DNA of 64,000 nt from Gammaproteobacteria bacterium (GTDB taxonomy: Bacteria; Pseudomonadota; Gammaproteobacteria; Steroidobacterales; Woeseiaceae): NCBI GenBank assembly GCA_029862045.1, contig JAOTYE010000009.1:39314-103313 (forward strand), written 5' to 3'. Under the pieces are notes generated by a model. The model saw only the letters and a list, made by a program, of their open reading frames with translations. It had not been told where the DNA came from and ran no database searches. The first letter of the stretch is position 1. Each line of letters begins with the position of its first letter. The position numbers were made by a program, and so were the translations under genes. Positions 16,776 to 27,447 of the stretch are shown piece after piece.

Positions 16776-17786
16776 CTACAAATAATTAAAGAGTGTCGCG
16801 ACCAGCAGGATCTGCGGCACCGTCACCGCAGGTAGCCACAACGCCGTTCGTTTGCCGATGTTTGACCAGAGCAATCCGATTTCGGTGTAGTCGGTCGCAA
16901 CGCCGGCCATCAGGAAAATGAACGGATTGCCGAGCGCGCCGGTCTTTGCGAATATTTCGAATGCGATCGGCGAGGTTCCTTCGCTACAAACTTCGAGAAT
17001 AGTCGCAAAGAGTAATGTCACGAGCATGCCGGTCACGTCGGGACCAACGTACTGCATGAACCAGTGTTCCGGAACGTATGCGCCAATGATTGCCGCGGCG
17101 AGAATGCCGATCAGGATCCACCACAGCACCATGTTCGCGAGCGAAACGGCGCCTGCGGTGATTCCTTTTACCGACTGGCCGGCGTCGAAGTTCTTCACGC
17201 GAGTCCAAGAGACGTCCGCCGCCTCTGCGGTATCGGATGAGCCTTCGATCCAGCCCAGGCGGTCGAGCAGCGTGAAAACGAGGCCCGTGACCAGAGCAAT
17301 CGTCATCGCGCCGATGACAATATAAGCCGCCTTCCAGCCGAAAAAGCCGAACATCAGTATGGTCATTGGCAGATTCGCCCACGGCGACGCGAGCAAGAAC
17401 GTTATGACCGCGGGAACGCTCGCACCTTTCTTGTAGAGTTGTATCGCAATCGCGAGAATGCCGTGCGAGCAGGCCGACATCAGAAACCCGGCAACGACTG
17501 CGTATATGAGAGTCAGTTTGCGGCGTTGACCAAGAAAACGAATGATGAAGCCATCCGGTACGAAGTAATCAATGACACCGCCGAACAACAGGCCCAGTAA
17601 TACGGCCCACCAGACAATCTGCAGGTACTCGATCAGGCTGTCATTGAGCGGCTGCAATGGTGCAGTGAACGACAACAGCAATACCGCGATGAACAGCGCG
17701 CCAACAATCTTGAGCTTGCGCCCAAGCGCCGGTATGCCGGGCTGCTCCGCGGCGTGGCTGTGACAGCAGTGGCTTTCGCTGGCCAT
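16776..17786 (-). CDS. permease (ArsP/YraQ-type, PF03773-like)
   Basis: 336 aa, polytopic, with a Cys/His-rich N-terminus MASESHCCHSHAAEQ. The overall pattern resembles the predicted-permease family as recalled. Confidence 0.75.
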   Translation of the reverse strand: MASESHCCHSHAAEQPGIPALGRKLKIVGALFIAVLLLSFTAPLQPLNDSLIEYLQIVWWAVLLGLLFGGVIDYFVPDGFIIRFLGQRRKLTLIYAVVAGFLMSACSHGILAIAIQLYKKGASVPAVITFLLASPWANLPMTILMFGFFGWKAAYIVIGAMTIALVTGLVFTLLDRLGWIEGSSDTAEAADVSWTRVKNFDAGQSVKGITAGAVSLANMVLWWILIGILAAAIIGAYVPEHWFMQYVGPDVTGMLVTLLFATILEVCSEGTSPIAFEIFAKTGALGNPFIFLMAGVATDYTEIGLLWSNIGKRTALWLPAVTVPQILLVATLFNYL

Positions 17787-17867
17787 TTATCGTGAATCCT
17801 GGTCTGGCAAGGTCCGAATCGACATCATGGACAATGTACCGCGACGATGAACTGTGACAAGTACTTA

Positions 17868-17895
17868 CTTGTGTTCGCGATTGGTGCCCCGAGAT
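17868..17895 (+). promoter_or_regulatory. candidate sigma32 (heat-shock) promoter of the Hsp20 gene
   Basis: CTTGTGT, 12 nt, CCCCGAGAT, compared with the consensus CTTGAAA-N13/14-CCCCATNT. Confidence 0.3.
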
Positions 17896-17952
17896 TCCCA
17901 ATGGTCTGCTCATGCGGGGCATGTCTGCACATTCTATCGAAGGAGTGAAACG

Positions 17953-18393
17953 ATGAATCTTGTGAACTGGACGCCCGTCCGGGACATGGAGGGTTTTTTT
18001 GACCGTTATAACAATACGATGGCGCCACGAGCCCGGCCTGGTGGTGAGGTCGGCAAAGCCATTGACTGGCGGCCGAGCGTCGATATCAGCGAGACGAACA
18101 AAGACTACTTAATCAAAGTGGAATTGCCGGAAGTGGAAAAAGACGGTGTCCAGGTCACCGTCGATAATGGCTTGCTGACGATCAGTGGTGAGCGCAAATA
18201 CGAGAAGGAAGACGAGACCGAGACCCAGCATCATGTCGAGAGCATGTACGGTCGATTCTCGCGGAAATTCACGTTGCCCGCTGATGCTGAAGAAATGCAG
18301 ATTTCGGCCAGGTCGAAGAATGGCGTACTGAAAATACGCATTCCAAAGACCAAGGCAACGGTCGAGGAACCGATCAAAATCGCTGTCGAATAA
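17953..18393 (+). CDS. Hsp20/alpha-crystallin family small heat-shock protein
   Basis: ATG 17953 behind AAGGAG. Alpha-crystallin core motifs are present: DWRPSVDISETNKDYLIKVELPEVEKDGVQVTVDNGLLTISGER. Confidence 0.9.
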   Translation: MNLVNWTPVRDMEGFFDRYNNTMAPRARPGGEVGKAIDWRPSVDISETNKDYLIKVELPEVEKDGVQVTVDNGLLTISGERKYEKEDETETQHHVESMYGRFSRKFTLPADAEEMQISARSKNGVLKIRIPKTKATVEEPIKIAVE

Positions 18394-18443
18394 TCGCGCA
18401 TAACCGGCCATAATCGCCTTGTTCTCAACGAGGTCGAACTCCA

Positions 18444-19169
18444 ATGGCAGATGCTGCAAGAATTGTTGGCGTACTGGGCGGCATGGGCCCGGACGCAACT
18501 GTGGACTTCATGGCGAAAGTTATCGCGCTGACGCCGGCCGGGAAGGACCAGGACCACTTGCACATGCTGGTCGATCACAATCCGACGGTGCCGAACCGGC
18601 AAGCGGCCATTCTCGCGGATGGTGAAGACCCGAAGCCCGCACTTGCAGCGATGGCGCAACGACTGCAAGAGGCCGGCGCGGAATTCCTGGTGATGCCCTG
18701 CAATACGGCGTATGTATTTCAGGATGCGATTACGACCGCCACGAGCATTCCTCTCGTGTCGATCATCGATGTGACGATCGACGTAATCGCGAAGCAAAGC
18801 CCCGCCATCACAAAGGTCGGTATTCTTGCAACAGATGGTTGCCTGGCCGCCGGTGTCTATCAAAAACCCCTTGCAGCCGCAGGCTTCGAACCAATATTGC
18901 CGAACGACAATGAATTGACCGAACTGATGGCCCTGCTCGACAAAGTCAAGGGCGGGTATCAGGGCGAGGTTATTTCTGGCGCCATGCGCAAACTCGGACA
19001 AGCGTTGGAGAGTCGAGGCGCACAGGTGATCATCGCCGGCTGTACTGAAATACCGCTGGTGCTCGATGCTTCGATGTTGGACGTACCGTTGATCTCGTCC
19101 ACCGACGTGCTCGCGCAAGTAACGGTGCAACTCGCGCGCGGCGAATTACCGTTACCAATTCGGGAGTAG
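18444..19169 (+). CDS. aspartate/glutamate racemase family protein
   Basis: GVLGGMGPDAT N-terminal motif. Two catalytic-Cys motifs, VMPCNTAY and AGCTEIPLV. Confidence 0.85.
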   Translation: MADAARIVGVLGGMGPDATVDFMAKVIALTPAGKDQDHLHMLVDHNPTVPNRQAAILADGEDPKPALAAMAQRLQEAGAEFLVMPCNTAYVFQDAITTATSIPLVSIIDVTIDVIAKQSPAITKVGILATDGCLAAGVYQKPLAAAGFEPILPNDNELTELMALLDKVKGGYQGEVISGAMRKLGQALESRGAQVIIAGCTEIPLVLDASMLDVPLISSTDVLAQVTVQLARGELPLPIRE

Positions 19170-19172
19170 ACG

Positions 19173-20168
19173 GTGCTGTTATCTAATTTCCCCAGGGTGT
19201 CACTGGCTCACTTGCCGACACCGCTAGAGCACCTGCCGCGACTGAGCAAGCACCTCGGCGGCCCCGACATATACGTCAAGCGCGACGACTGCACCGGGCT
19301 CGCAACCGGGGGCAACAAGACTCGCAAACTTGAATTCTCGATGGCTGAGGCGATGCAGCAAGGCGCGGACACGATTGTGACGGTCGGTGCGGTGCAATCG
19401 AATCACGTACGACAGACTGCCGCTGCCGCGTGCAAGCTCGGCCTCAAATGCGAGGTGCTGCTCGAGCACCGCGTCGTCGATCCGAGTGAGCCGTACAGCC
19501 ACTCGGGCAATGTGCTTCTCGACAAAATCTTTGGTGCCAATCTGCGCGAGTATCCGGGTGGCACTGATTTCGATCAGGCGATGAGTGAAGTGGCCGATGA
19601 GGTAACGGCGAGTGGTGGCAAGCCATACCTGATCCCGGGCGGCGCATCCAATACGGTCGGTGCACTCGGCTATGTCAATTGTGCGATCGAATTACTGGAT
19701 CAGATCGAGGATCAGGGCCTAGATATCGGTCACATCGTGACGGCGACCGGGAGCGCAGGTACACAAGGCGGGCTCATCGTCGGACTCAAGGCGATGGCAA
19801 TCGACATTCCGTTGCTCGGTATCGGCGTCAATGCACCGCGGGAAAAGCAGGAGGAGAAGGTGTATCAGCTTGCTTGTGAGACAGCTGAATTCATCGGCAA
19901 GCCGGGAATCGTCGCGCGCGAAGACGTCGTTGCGAATTGCGACTATGTTGGCGCTGGTTACGGCGTGCCGACCGAGGGCATGAATGAGGCGGTGCTCATG
20001 TTGGCGCGTTACGAGGGATTGTTGTTCGATCCGGTTTACAGCGGCAAGGGCCTGGCTGGCATGATCGACCTGATACGCAGCGATTCGCTAGGTCCGGGCA
20101 ACATCGTGTTTCTGCACACGGGCGGCGCGGCAGCTTTGTTCGCCTACGCGGATCAGCTACAGACATGA
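19173..20168 (+). CDS. D-cysteine desulfhydrase / ACC deaminase family PLP enzyme
   Basis: GTG start after GGGAG. PLP-lysine motif [10 protein letters not shown] followed by [15 protein letters not shown]. Confidence 0.85.
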   Translation: MLLSNFPRVSLAHLPTPLEHLPRLSKHLGGPDIYVKRDDCTGLATGGNKTRKLEFSMAEAMQQGADTIVTVGAVQSNHVRQTAAAACKLGLKCEVLLEHRVVDPSEPYSHSGNVLLDKIFGANLREYPGGTDFDQAMSEVADEVTASGGKPYLIPGGASNTVGALGYVNCAIELLDQIEDQGLDIGHIVTATGSAGTQGGLIVGLKAMAIDIPLLGIGVNAPREKQEEKVYQLACETAEFIGKPGIVAREDVVANCDYVGAGYGVPTEGMNEAVLMLARYEGLLFDPVYSGKGLAGMIDLIRSDSLGPGNIVFLHTGGAAALFAYADQLQT

Positions 20169-20713
20169 CCGCCTATGTCGCGTTATTTCGCGGCATCAAT
20201 GTGGGCGGCAAACACAGTCTGCCGATGCAAGACTTGCGTGACATTCTGTCGTCGCTTGGTTGCGAGGATGTCCAGACCTATATTCAAAGCGGTAACGCCG
20301 TCTTTTCTTCGGTAGTGGACGCACAGTCTCTGTCCGGGCAAATCAAGGACGCGATCGAGAAGCGCTGCGGATTCGGTCCACCGGTCTTGTTGCTAACAGT
20401 CGAGCGATTTCAGGCGATTGCAGCGGCCAATCCGTTTCCGGACGGTGAAGAAACACCGAAGCTCCTGCATGTGGCATTTCTCACTGCGGTTGCGCCGAAT
20501 CCGGACCTGGAAGCTTTGCACGCTCTGAAGGCGCCGTCCGAACAATTCTTGCTGTGTGGCGACGCGTTCTACCTGTACGCACCCGACGGCATCGGTCGCT
20601 CCAAACTCGCAGTGAAAATCGATCGGCACCTCGGTGTCGCGACGACGGCGAGAAACTGGCGCACGGTTACGAAGCTTCTCAAGATTTGTAAGGAATCAAA
20701 GTGGATACAGTAA
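20165..20713 (+). CDS. DUF1697 domain-containing protein
   Basis: The start overlaps the upstream stop (ATGA). The N-terminus [25 protein letters not shown] is typical of DUF1697. Confidence 0.8.
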   Translation: MTAYVALFRGINVGGKHSLPMQDLRDILSSLGCEDVQTYIQSGNAVFSSVVDAQSLSGQIKDAIEKRCGFGPPVLLLTVERFQAIAAANPFPDGEETPKLLHVAFLTAVAPNPDLEALHALKAPSEQFLLCGDAFYLYAPDGIGRSKLAVKIDRHLGVATTARNWRTVTKLLKICKESKWIQ

Positions 20714-21426
20714 TCAAGGCAATCACGTTACAGGGCCTGGTTCTGGCTTTCTTGCCGGCGGTCATTGTCATCGGCATTATGTTTCGATGGTCGGCCGGCG
20801 CGAAGACAGCAGTGTATGCGACGATTCGCATGTTGATTCAGTTGCTGCTCATTGGCTATGTGCTCGTGTATGTCTTTGAGACCGATCATCCTGCCGTCAT
20901 CATTGCCGTACTAATGATCATGCTCGCTGTTGCGAGTTGGATCGCGATTCGACCCATACACGACAAGCAGCCGCATGTATATGGCAATGCGCTTTTTGCA
21001 ATATCCGTCGGCGGCGTTCTAACTCTGGCACTCGTCAGCCAGGTTGTCATCGGTGTCGAACCCTGGTTCAGCCCGCAGTACGTGGTTCCGCTGGCAGGAA
21101 TGATATTCGCCGGCGCGATGAACTCGGTCAGTCTCGCCGCCGAAAGGCTGCAGGCGGAAAGCGAGAGAGGAACCGCGGCCCTGGAAGCGCGGCGAATCGC
21201 ATTGCAGGCGTCATTGATTCCGATCATCAACTCGCTATTCGCGGTCGGAGTGGTGGCGCTGCCTGGAATGATGACCGGCCAGATTTTGTCCGGGGTGTCG
21301 CCGCTGGTCGCGGCCAAGTATCAGATCGTCGTCATGTCCATGTTATTCGGTGTCTCGGGCATATCGGCGGCGCTGTATCTGGCACTGGCGAACCGAAGGA
21401 CGCGCTCCCGGGCGCCCGCCGGATAG
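20701..21426 (+). CDS. fetB: FetB-family (UPF0014) ABC-type permease, no cognate FetA ATPase adjacent
   Basis: VALPGMMTGQILSGVSPLVAAKYQIVVM aligns with E. coli FetB VSLPGMMSGLIFAGIDPVKAIKYQIMV (recalled). Polytopic. Confidence 0.75.
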   Translation: MDTVIKAITLQGLVLAFLPAVIVIGIMFRWSAGAKTAVYATIRMLIQLLLIGYVLVYVFETDHPAVIIAVLMIMLAVASWIAIRPIHDKQPHVYGNALFAISVGGVLTLALVSQVVIGVEPWFSPQYVVPLAGMIFAGAMNSVSLAAERLQAESERGTAALEARRIALQASLIPIINSLFAVGVVALPGMMTGQILSGVSPLVAAKYQIVVMSMLFGVSGISAALYLALANRRTRSRAPAG

Positions 21427-21446
21427 CGTCGCTCGCTCTGAATCAA

Positions 21447-22316
21447 TTACTCAGCGCGATTCAGCGACCAGTCGTAGTCGCGAAATACGACATCGTAGCC
21501 TTGAGTAGCATCGAGATCGGCTCGCAGAGAGTCGGGCGCGATACTCGCTACGTAGTCGATCAGCCCGCGCTCTGACGGGCGGCCGCGCTTCGCAAGATCG
21601 TTGATAAAGTCCTTTCTGAACCATTTGAAAATGCTCGAAAGAACGACTTGTTTGCTTGCGTGGTCGATCGACACGTTTTTCGGGTCACTGACAAACTCTA
21701 CGGACGCCGACGCCAGGAGGTCCTGTAGTGCGTCTCCCGTTGGCAGGGCCGGTCGCATGACCGGGCAGCTGTCGCTCGCGCAATTCAGGACGAAATGAAT
21801 GCGGGCATCCTGAAATTGTTTGCGGATCTTGCCGTTCTCAACGGCCAGCAGGCTGTAGCTTTTGCCACCGAACTGGAAGCGCAGCCGATAGAAAAAACCC
21901 ATCCCGGTGATGACTTCGAGCGGTGCTTTCACATCTGTAACGCTTTCAATCGGCCAGTTATCAAGCACGCTCTTGATGACATAGGCGTTGTAACCGTACA
22001 TCCAGTACGCGAGTTCATCATTGCGCGATGCGAAACGATCAGGGGCATTGTCCGGACTGTATCGACTGACGGCCGCAAGGTAGGACTCCAGTTGTGCTGC
22101 AGACTCGGTCGAGTTGCGCCAGCCTTCGTAGTCGACGTTGCCGTCTGCGTCGACGTATTTCCTGAGCAAGCTCTCGAAATCCAGGTGCGAGAAGCCCGCC
22201 ACCGGAAAATCAGCAGGAATTTCGGCATCGACGAGCACATGTTGTGGGCGATTTATCCAGGCGAAACCGCCCACCGCGAGTACAACAAGAACCAATATGA
22301 CAATTACAGTTTGCAA
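21447..22316 (-). CDS. DUF547 domain-containing membrane-anchored protein
   Basis: Motifs LAYWMYGYNAYVIKSVL and RIHFVLNCASDSCPVMR. Proposed TTG start at 22316, 5 nt after GGAGG, gives an N-terminal TM anchor. The ORF-track extension to 22865 runs antisense into the ABC ATPase gene. Confidence 0.75.
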   Translation of the reverse strand: MQTVIVILVLVVLAVGGFAWINRPQHVLVDAEIPADFPVAGFSHLDFESLLRKYVDADGNVDYEGWRNSTESAAQLESYLAAVSRYSPDNAPDRFASRNDELAYWMYGYNAYVIKSVLDNWPIESVTDVKAPLEVITGMGFFYRLRFQFGGKSYSLLAVENGKIRKQFQDARIHFVLNCASDSCPVMRPALPTGDALQDLLASASVEFVSDPKNVSIDHASKQVVLSSIFKWFRKDFINDLAKRGRPSERGLIDYVASIAPDSLRADLDATQGYDVVFRDYDWSLNRAE

Positions 22317-22412
22317 GTCGTCCTCCAGACAACGCCAGATAATCCTGTCTACTGAGACCGTGGCGAGAAGCCGGATATTACAGTGCGGGCAATCGCTGTA
22401 TGATCCGGCACC

Positions 22413-23339
22413 ATGCAGCCAGTCATCAGCATCACAGATCTGACGAAGACCTACGCCGGAGGATTCGAAGCGCTCAAAGCCGTGAACCTCGAAATCAACC
22501 GTGGTGAGATCTTCGGCTTGCTTGGTCCAAACGGGGCCGGCAAGACGACGCTGATCAATATCGTCTGCGGCATTGTGACGAAGACCAGCGGTACCGTGCT
22601 CGTCGATGGCTACGACAATGTCGATAACTATCGAGCTACGCGCTCGCGAATCGGTCTCGTGCCGCAGGAGTTGCCGACCGATTCTTTCGAGACGCCGCTC
22701 AGGGTGTGTCGTTTCAGCCGCGGGCTGTTCGGCAAGCCGGAGAATCCCGGCCACATCGAAAACGTCCTGAAGTCGCTTTCTTTGTGGGACAAGAAAGACG
22801 AAAAGAGCATGACGCTCTCGGGCGGAATGAAACGCCGCGTGTTGATCGCCAAGGCGCTCGCGCATGAGCCCGACATCCTGTTTCTGGATGAGCCGACGGC
22901 CGGCGTCGACGTGGAGCTTCGGCAGGACATGTGGAACGTCGTGCAGACATTGCGCGAGTCAGGCGTCACGGTCATCCTGACGACCCATTACATAGAAGAG
23001 GCAGAGCAGCTCGCGGATCGCGTCGGTGTTATCAATCACGGCGAGATTATTCTCGTCGAGGAAAAGAACAAACTGATGCGCGAGCTGGGTAAGAAACAGC
23101 TCGTTCTGCACTTGCCAGATCTGTTGGCCAGCATTCCGCCCGAACTCGGCAAATACCAACTGGAGTTGAGTGACTGTGGTCGCGAATTGACCTATCACTA
23201 CGACACCAAGCGGGAGCACACCGGCATTACTGCGTTACTGGCTGCGCTGCACGATGCCGGCATCAAGTTTAATGATCTGAATACGTCGCAGAGTTCGCTC
23301 GAGGAAATTTTCGTCGGTCTGGTGAACAAAGGCCGATGA
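22413..23339 (+). CDS. ABC transporter ATP-binding protein (ABC-2/YadG type)
   Basis: Walker [10 protein letters not shown], signature LSGGMKRR, Walker B ILFLDEPT. Confidence 0.9.
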   Translation: MQPVISITDLTKTYAGGFEALKAVNLEINRGEIFGLLGPNGAGKTTLINIVCGIVTKTSGTVLVDGYDNVDNYRATRSRIGLVPQELPTDSFETPLRVCRFSRGLFGKPENPGHIENVLKSLSLWDKKDEKSMTLSGGMKRRVLIAKALAHEPDILFLDEPTAGVDVELRQDMWNVVQTLRESGVTVILTTHYIEEAEQLADRVGVINHGEIILVEEKNKLMRELGKKQLVLHLPDLLASIPPELGKYQLELSDCGRELTYHYDTKREHTGITALLAALHDAGIKFNDLNTSQSSLEEIFVGLVNKGR

Positions 23340-24097
23340 ATTTCTTCGCAATAAAGGCGATTTACCGCTCGGAAATGGCGCGCATGATGCGGACGGTAGT
23401 GCAGAGCATCGTTGCACCTGTGCTATCAACTTCTCTTTATTTCGTGATATTCGGTGCCGCGATCGGCTCGCGCATTACCGAAATTGACGGCGTTAGCTAC
23501 GGCGCGTTCATCGTGCCGGGTCTGATCATGTTGTCGATTATGACCGAGAGTATTTCCAATTCATCGTTTGCGATCTACTTTCCCAAATTCACGGGCACGA
23601 TTTTCGAGGTTTTGTCGGCACCCGTGTCGTTCGTCGAAGTTCTGCTCGGCTATGTCGGCGCGGCAGCAAGCAAATCCGTCATTATCGGCGGCATCATTTT
23701 GTTTACGGCGAGCTTCTTCGTGGATATCGAAATCGCGCATCCGGCAATCATGTTGCTGTTCCTTGTCCTCATATCCGTATCGTTCAGCCTGTTCGGCTTC
23801 ATTCTCGGGGTTTGGGCGGACGGCTGGGAAAAACTGACGATCGTGCCGATTCTGGTCATCATGCCGCTGACGTTTCTCGGCGGTACGTTCTATTCCATCA
23901 GCATGCTGCCGGCCGCCTGGCAGACCGTCAGCCTGTTCAATCCCGTCGTATACCTGATCAGCGGTTTTCGCTGGAGCTTCTATGGGACTGCCGACGTGGC
24001 CGTCGGCCTAAGCCTCGCCATGGTATTTACGTTTTTGTCGCTTTGCCTTGTGACCGTATGGTGGATCTTCAAGACAGGGTACAAGCTGCGAACCTGA
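23336..24097 (+). CDS. ABC-2 type transporter permease (YadH-like)
   Basis: ATGA overlap with the ATPase gene. 253 aa with six hydrophobic helices. Confidence 0.85.
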   Translation: MNFFAIKAIYRSEMARMMRTVVQSIVAPVLSTSLYFVIFGAAIGSRITEIDGVSYGAFIVPGLIMLSIMTESISNSSFAIYFPKFTGTIFEVLSAPVSFVEVLLGYVGAAASKSVIIGGIILFTASFFVDIEIAHPAIMLLFLVLISVSFSLFGFILGVWADGWEKLTIVPILVIMPLTFLGGTFYSISMLPAAWQTVSLFNPVVYLISGFRWSFYGTADVAVGLSLAMVFTFLSLCLVTVWWIFKTGYKLRT

Positions 24098-24217
24098 CAG
24101 CAGCGGAATACCGCTAGTACTTGTCCGGCTCCTGAGGCGCGCACGCGCCCAGTACGGCAAGGCCCGCTTATTGTCATGAAGCGAGTCACTGGACGCTTCG
24201 CAGCTCGTGTCGTTCCG

Positions 24218-25630
24218 CTATTCCGGCGCCAGAGTGTACTCGTCGATAACTTTATTGATGGCTGAGCGGCAAACGAGGCAAAACTGCTCATACCGGGTGA
24301 ACATCAGGCAATTCTGCTCGGACCGGTAGTAGCCCTCAGCCTCATAGTTCGCACCCTCGAACGCGCCAACCGAATTGCGATATTCGGACGTTGAAAAGAG
24401 GTTGTCGACATGATCCTTTGTGAACCGGAACAGCTCGTTCATTTCGGCCTCGGGTACGTTTTCGGCACGCATTCGCGCGCGACGTTCCTGCACAGCAATC
24501 GAATGCTCCTCATATGCGGCTTTTGGCCATGGCGTCGGCAACGGTGTGATGGGCGCAACCAGATGTTTCCACTTGAGGTTTTCGGGATCCAACAGGGCTG
24601 TCACGTTCGGCTCGTATGGCTCGATTAACTCAGCCGGCGACTCATAGGCCACTGAGCTTGTGTAGTACTCATCGGCAAGGCCGGCAAAGTGGTGGCCAAA
24701 TTCGTGCACGAACAGGTACGGCGCCCACTCGCCGTTCGCAGCAGCCGTGCTGAACAAGCCATAGATGCCGCCGCCACCGTAGGTCTCGGTGTTCGTCAGA
24801 ATTTCGATAAAATCGTACGGTGTCGACGAAGCAATACGTCGCATCGACTTGTTATCGAATGTAAGCACATAGCGCTCTGATCGAAACGAGTCGTAAGTCG
24901 TGCCGACTGGCGAATCACGGTAGGTGTTTGTCGATGGCCGGGAAATGCCCGACTCTGCGGCAGCCGGCGCCAGAGCCCAGACGTTGAAGTCATCCCTGCG
25001 CTCTTTGAAAGGCGATGTCGCGAACAGTATTTCGGTCAGCTCATGCGCCTTGGCAATGAATTGTTCGTGTTCTTCCGCGGTGTAACCATCGCCGAGCAAC
25101 AGCAGGTCAACTTTCCGTGCCGGGTCGCCCCTTTCTTGAATGGCAACCACTTGATTCTCATACATTGCGGACTCGCGGTGCACCATGTAGTCATTGGGAT
25201 CGACAGGGAGTCGCCATATCTCGACAAAGTCGTTACCGGGATCGCGTTTCTTCAGGACGAGTTCGAATTCTTTCTCCGGTTGCGGGAATCGCAACGACTC
25301 ATGCAGCGTGCGATTCATCTCGCGTGCTTCACCCGTCGTTTCCCACTCGCCGAATATGCTGCTGAAGCTTCTTGACCACTCAATATCGCCGGTGTCGGGA
25401 GCGACGATCTCGAACATGTATTTGCCGCGCAGCGTCTGGTCGATCGGCTGGTGCATGTTTCCGGTCCAGCGCGTCGGCTCGATGACGACCTGATCGAGGC
25501 TGAAAAGCTCCGTTTCGTGATTGCCGGTGTGGAAGTAGTCGACGCGCATGGTTGCGGGAGTCTCGTCCGCGGCGGAGACACCACAAAGCAACAAGCCGAA
25601 AGCGCCGATTATCGCTGTAAGTCTCATCAT
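24218..25630 (-). CDS. M64 family (IgA-peptidase-like) secreted metallopeptidase
   Basis: Zinc motif HEFGHHFAGLADEY. Signal peptide MMRLTAIIGAFGLLLCGVSAA; start ATG 25630 or 25627. The ORF-track start at 25759 would overlap the divergent MFS gene. Confidence 0.8.
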   Translation of the reverse strand: MMRLTAIIGAFGLLLCGVSAADETPATMRVDYFHTGNHETELFSLDQVVIEPTRWTGNMHQPIDQTLRGKYMFEIVAPDTGDIEWSRSFSSIFGEWETTGEAREMNRTLHESLRFPQPEKEFELVLKKRDPGNDFVEIWRLPVDPNDYMVHRESAMYENQVVAIQERGDPARKVDLLLLGDGYTAEEHEQFIAKAHELTEILFATSPFKERRDDFNVWALAPAAAESGISRPSTNTYRDSPVGTTYDSFRSERYVLTFDNKSMRRIASSTPYDFIEILTNTETYGGGGIYGLFSTAAANGEWAPYLFVHEFGHHFAGLADEYYTSSVAYESPAELIEPYEPNVTALLDPENLKWKHLVAPITPLPTPWPKAAYEEHSIAVQERRARMRAENVPEAEMNELFRFTKDHVDNLFSTSEYRNSVGAFEGANYEAEGYYRSEQNCLMFTRYEQFCLVCRSAINKVIDEYTLAPE

Positions 25631-25690
25631 GTTCCCCCGCATTGCGTGTGCTAGTGTGTTGCAGACAGCGTACCAATAACAGAATAACTC

Positions 25691-26947
25691 GTGTCGCGAT
25701 ATCTTTACATTGCCACGCTCGTAATTGCGGGCGAGATGGTCTTCGGTTTGCCGTTTCATACGGCGCGGTTTTTTCGCCCGACGCTGTTGCAGGTCTTCGA
25801 TTTCACGAACACACAGCTCGGCGATCTGTTTGCGGTATACGGCATCACGGCGATGTTGTCCTATTTTCCGGGCGGCGCGATCGCCGATCGATTCTCTGCA
25901 CGATTTCTGCTGACGGCTTCACTCGTCGCGACCGGGTGTGGCGGTCTGTACATGGCCACGATTCCGGGCGCATGGCAGATGGCCGCGCTGTACGGGTTCT
26001 GGGGAATCACAACAATATTCCTGTTCTGGGGCGCCCTGATTCGCGCGACACGCGAGTGGGGCGGCCAGTCGGCACAAGGAGCGGCGTTCGGAATCCTGGA
26101 GGCGGGCAGGGGTGCTGCGGCCGCCTTATTCGCGGTGTTTTCAGTTGCCGTGCTTGCCTGGTATTTGCCCGATGATGCGACCCTGGCTACTGATATGGAG
26201 CGCCGGGCCGGACTGCAGGCCGTCATTCTCATCTATTCTGCCGTCGCGTTCGCGGCGGGAGCGCTCGCCTGGCTCGTAATCCCCGGTCCGGGTGAGGTAT
26301 CCGCGGCGCGCCGCAATCCGTTCGCGAACATGGCCCTTGTCGTGCGACGCCCTGTCGTCTGGGCGCAAGCTGCGATCATCGTTTGTGCCTATTGTGGCTA
26401 CAAAGGAGCCGATTACTACTCGCTATATGCTGTCCAGGTTCTCGGCACGGACGAGGTACAAGGCGCGCGGCTTGCGGCATACGGCGCCTACATCCGACCC
26501 GTCGCGGCCCTTGCCGCCGGATTCATTGCCGATCGTTTCGGCGCGACGCGCTCGATTGGTCTGGCGTTTGTTGTACTGGCAGTTGTTTATGCGGTGTTGG
26601 CGTTTTCGGTGCCCGCTGCCACGGGCCTGTTCGTCATCTACCTGAACCTGGGAATCAGTCTGTTCGCCGTCTTTGCACTTCGCGGCATCTACTTCGCATT
26701 GCTGCAGGAAACCCGCACTCCGCTGCACGTTACAGGTGCTGCAGTCGGCATGATTTCGCTGGTCGGCTATACACCCGAGGTTTTCTTCGCACCAATCGCC
26801 GGGCGTATTCTTGATGCGACGCCGGGCGCCGGCGGGCACTACGACCTGTTTCTGTTCCTCGCAGCTATTGCGGCCTGTGGCGTTGTCGTCGCCGCCTGGC
26901 TGCTGCGTCTCAAGCGAAATAAAATGACCGGCGAAGCGGTCTACTGA
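25691..26947 (+). CDS. MFS transporter
   Basis: GTG start, 418 aa, about 12 hydrophobic helices with a central loop. Confidence 0.85.
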   Translation: MSRYLYIATLVIAGEMVFGLPFHTARFFRPTLLQVFDFTNTQLGDLFAVYGITAMLSYFPGGAIADRFSARFLLTASLVATGCGGLYMATIPGAWQMAALYGFWGITTIFLFWGALIRATREWGGQSAQGAAFGILEAGRGAAAALFAVFSVAVLAWYLPDDATLATDMERRAGLQAVILIYSAVAFAAGALAWLVIPGPGEVSAARRNPFANMALVVRRPVVWAQAAIIVCAYCGYKGADYYSLYAVQVLGTDEVQGARLAAYGAYIRPVAALAAGFIADRFGATRSIGLAFVVLAVVYAVLAFSVPAATGLFVIYLNLGISLFAVFALRGIYFALLQETRTPLHVTGAAVGMISLVGYTPEVFFAPIAGRILDATPGAGGHYDLFLFLAAIAACGVVVAAWLLRLKRNKMTGEAVY

Positions 26948-26977
26948 ATACACCAATGTCTGCGGCGCGGAGCTGAT

Positions 26978-27415
26978 ATGCCAATCAACAACAGTCTCAA
27001 GGAACAGGTGCGGCGCAACATGGTCGCGCTGATCAGTCTCGTCGTCGCAATCACGAGCCTTGGTTACAACACCTGGCGCAATGAGCAAAGTGAGGAGAAT
27101 CGGACACAACGGCTCGTCGCTATCGAAGCTTTACTGAAACTTGGCGAGCTGCAGCAGCTCGTGTATCACAATCACTATGACCACGACACGCAGGACAAAG
27201 GTAATCCGCGGACGGGCTGGACTCTGGTCTTGACCATTCGGGATATTGCGACGATTCTCGATGCGCCCCTGCCCGAAGCGTCTGAGACGCTGCGGGCTAC
27301 CTGGGCTGATCATTGGAAAAAACTGGGCGATAGCACAGAATCGAAGGACGCCGTCGAGGACGGTATCGAGGCATTGCGTGGCGAGTTACTTGCTATGCTC
27401 AAAGCTCTCGATTAA
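26978..27415 (+). CDS. hypothetical membrane-anchored helical protein
   Basis: 145 aa with one N-terminal TM helix (MVALISLVVAITSLGY), then a helical soluble part. No motif recognised. Confidence 0.5.
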   Translation: MPINNSLKEQVRRNMVALISLVVAITSLGYNTWRNEQSEENRTQRLVAIEALLKLGELQQLVYHNHYDHDTQDKGNPRTGWTLVLTIRDIATILDAPLPEASETLRATWADHWKKLGDSTESKDAVEDGIEALRGELLAMLKALD

Positions 27416-27447
27416 ACCGCTTGCTTTGTTGAGTTGATGGGCCCGGA

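Noticed and set aside
22317-22865. 183-codon N-terminal extension of the DUF547 ORF.
   Set aside because: It runs antisense through the Walker-A region of the clearly genuine ABC ATPase gene. An RBS plus TTG start at 22316 gives a sensible membrane anchor.
24098-24217. Bidirectional terminator between the convergent ABC-2 permease and M64 peptidase genes (small hairpins AGCGG-aata-CCGCT and GAAGCG-N10-CGCTTC).
   Set aside because: The stems are short (5-6 bp) and lack flanking T/A runs, which is not convincing enough to annotate.
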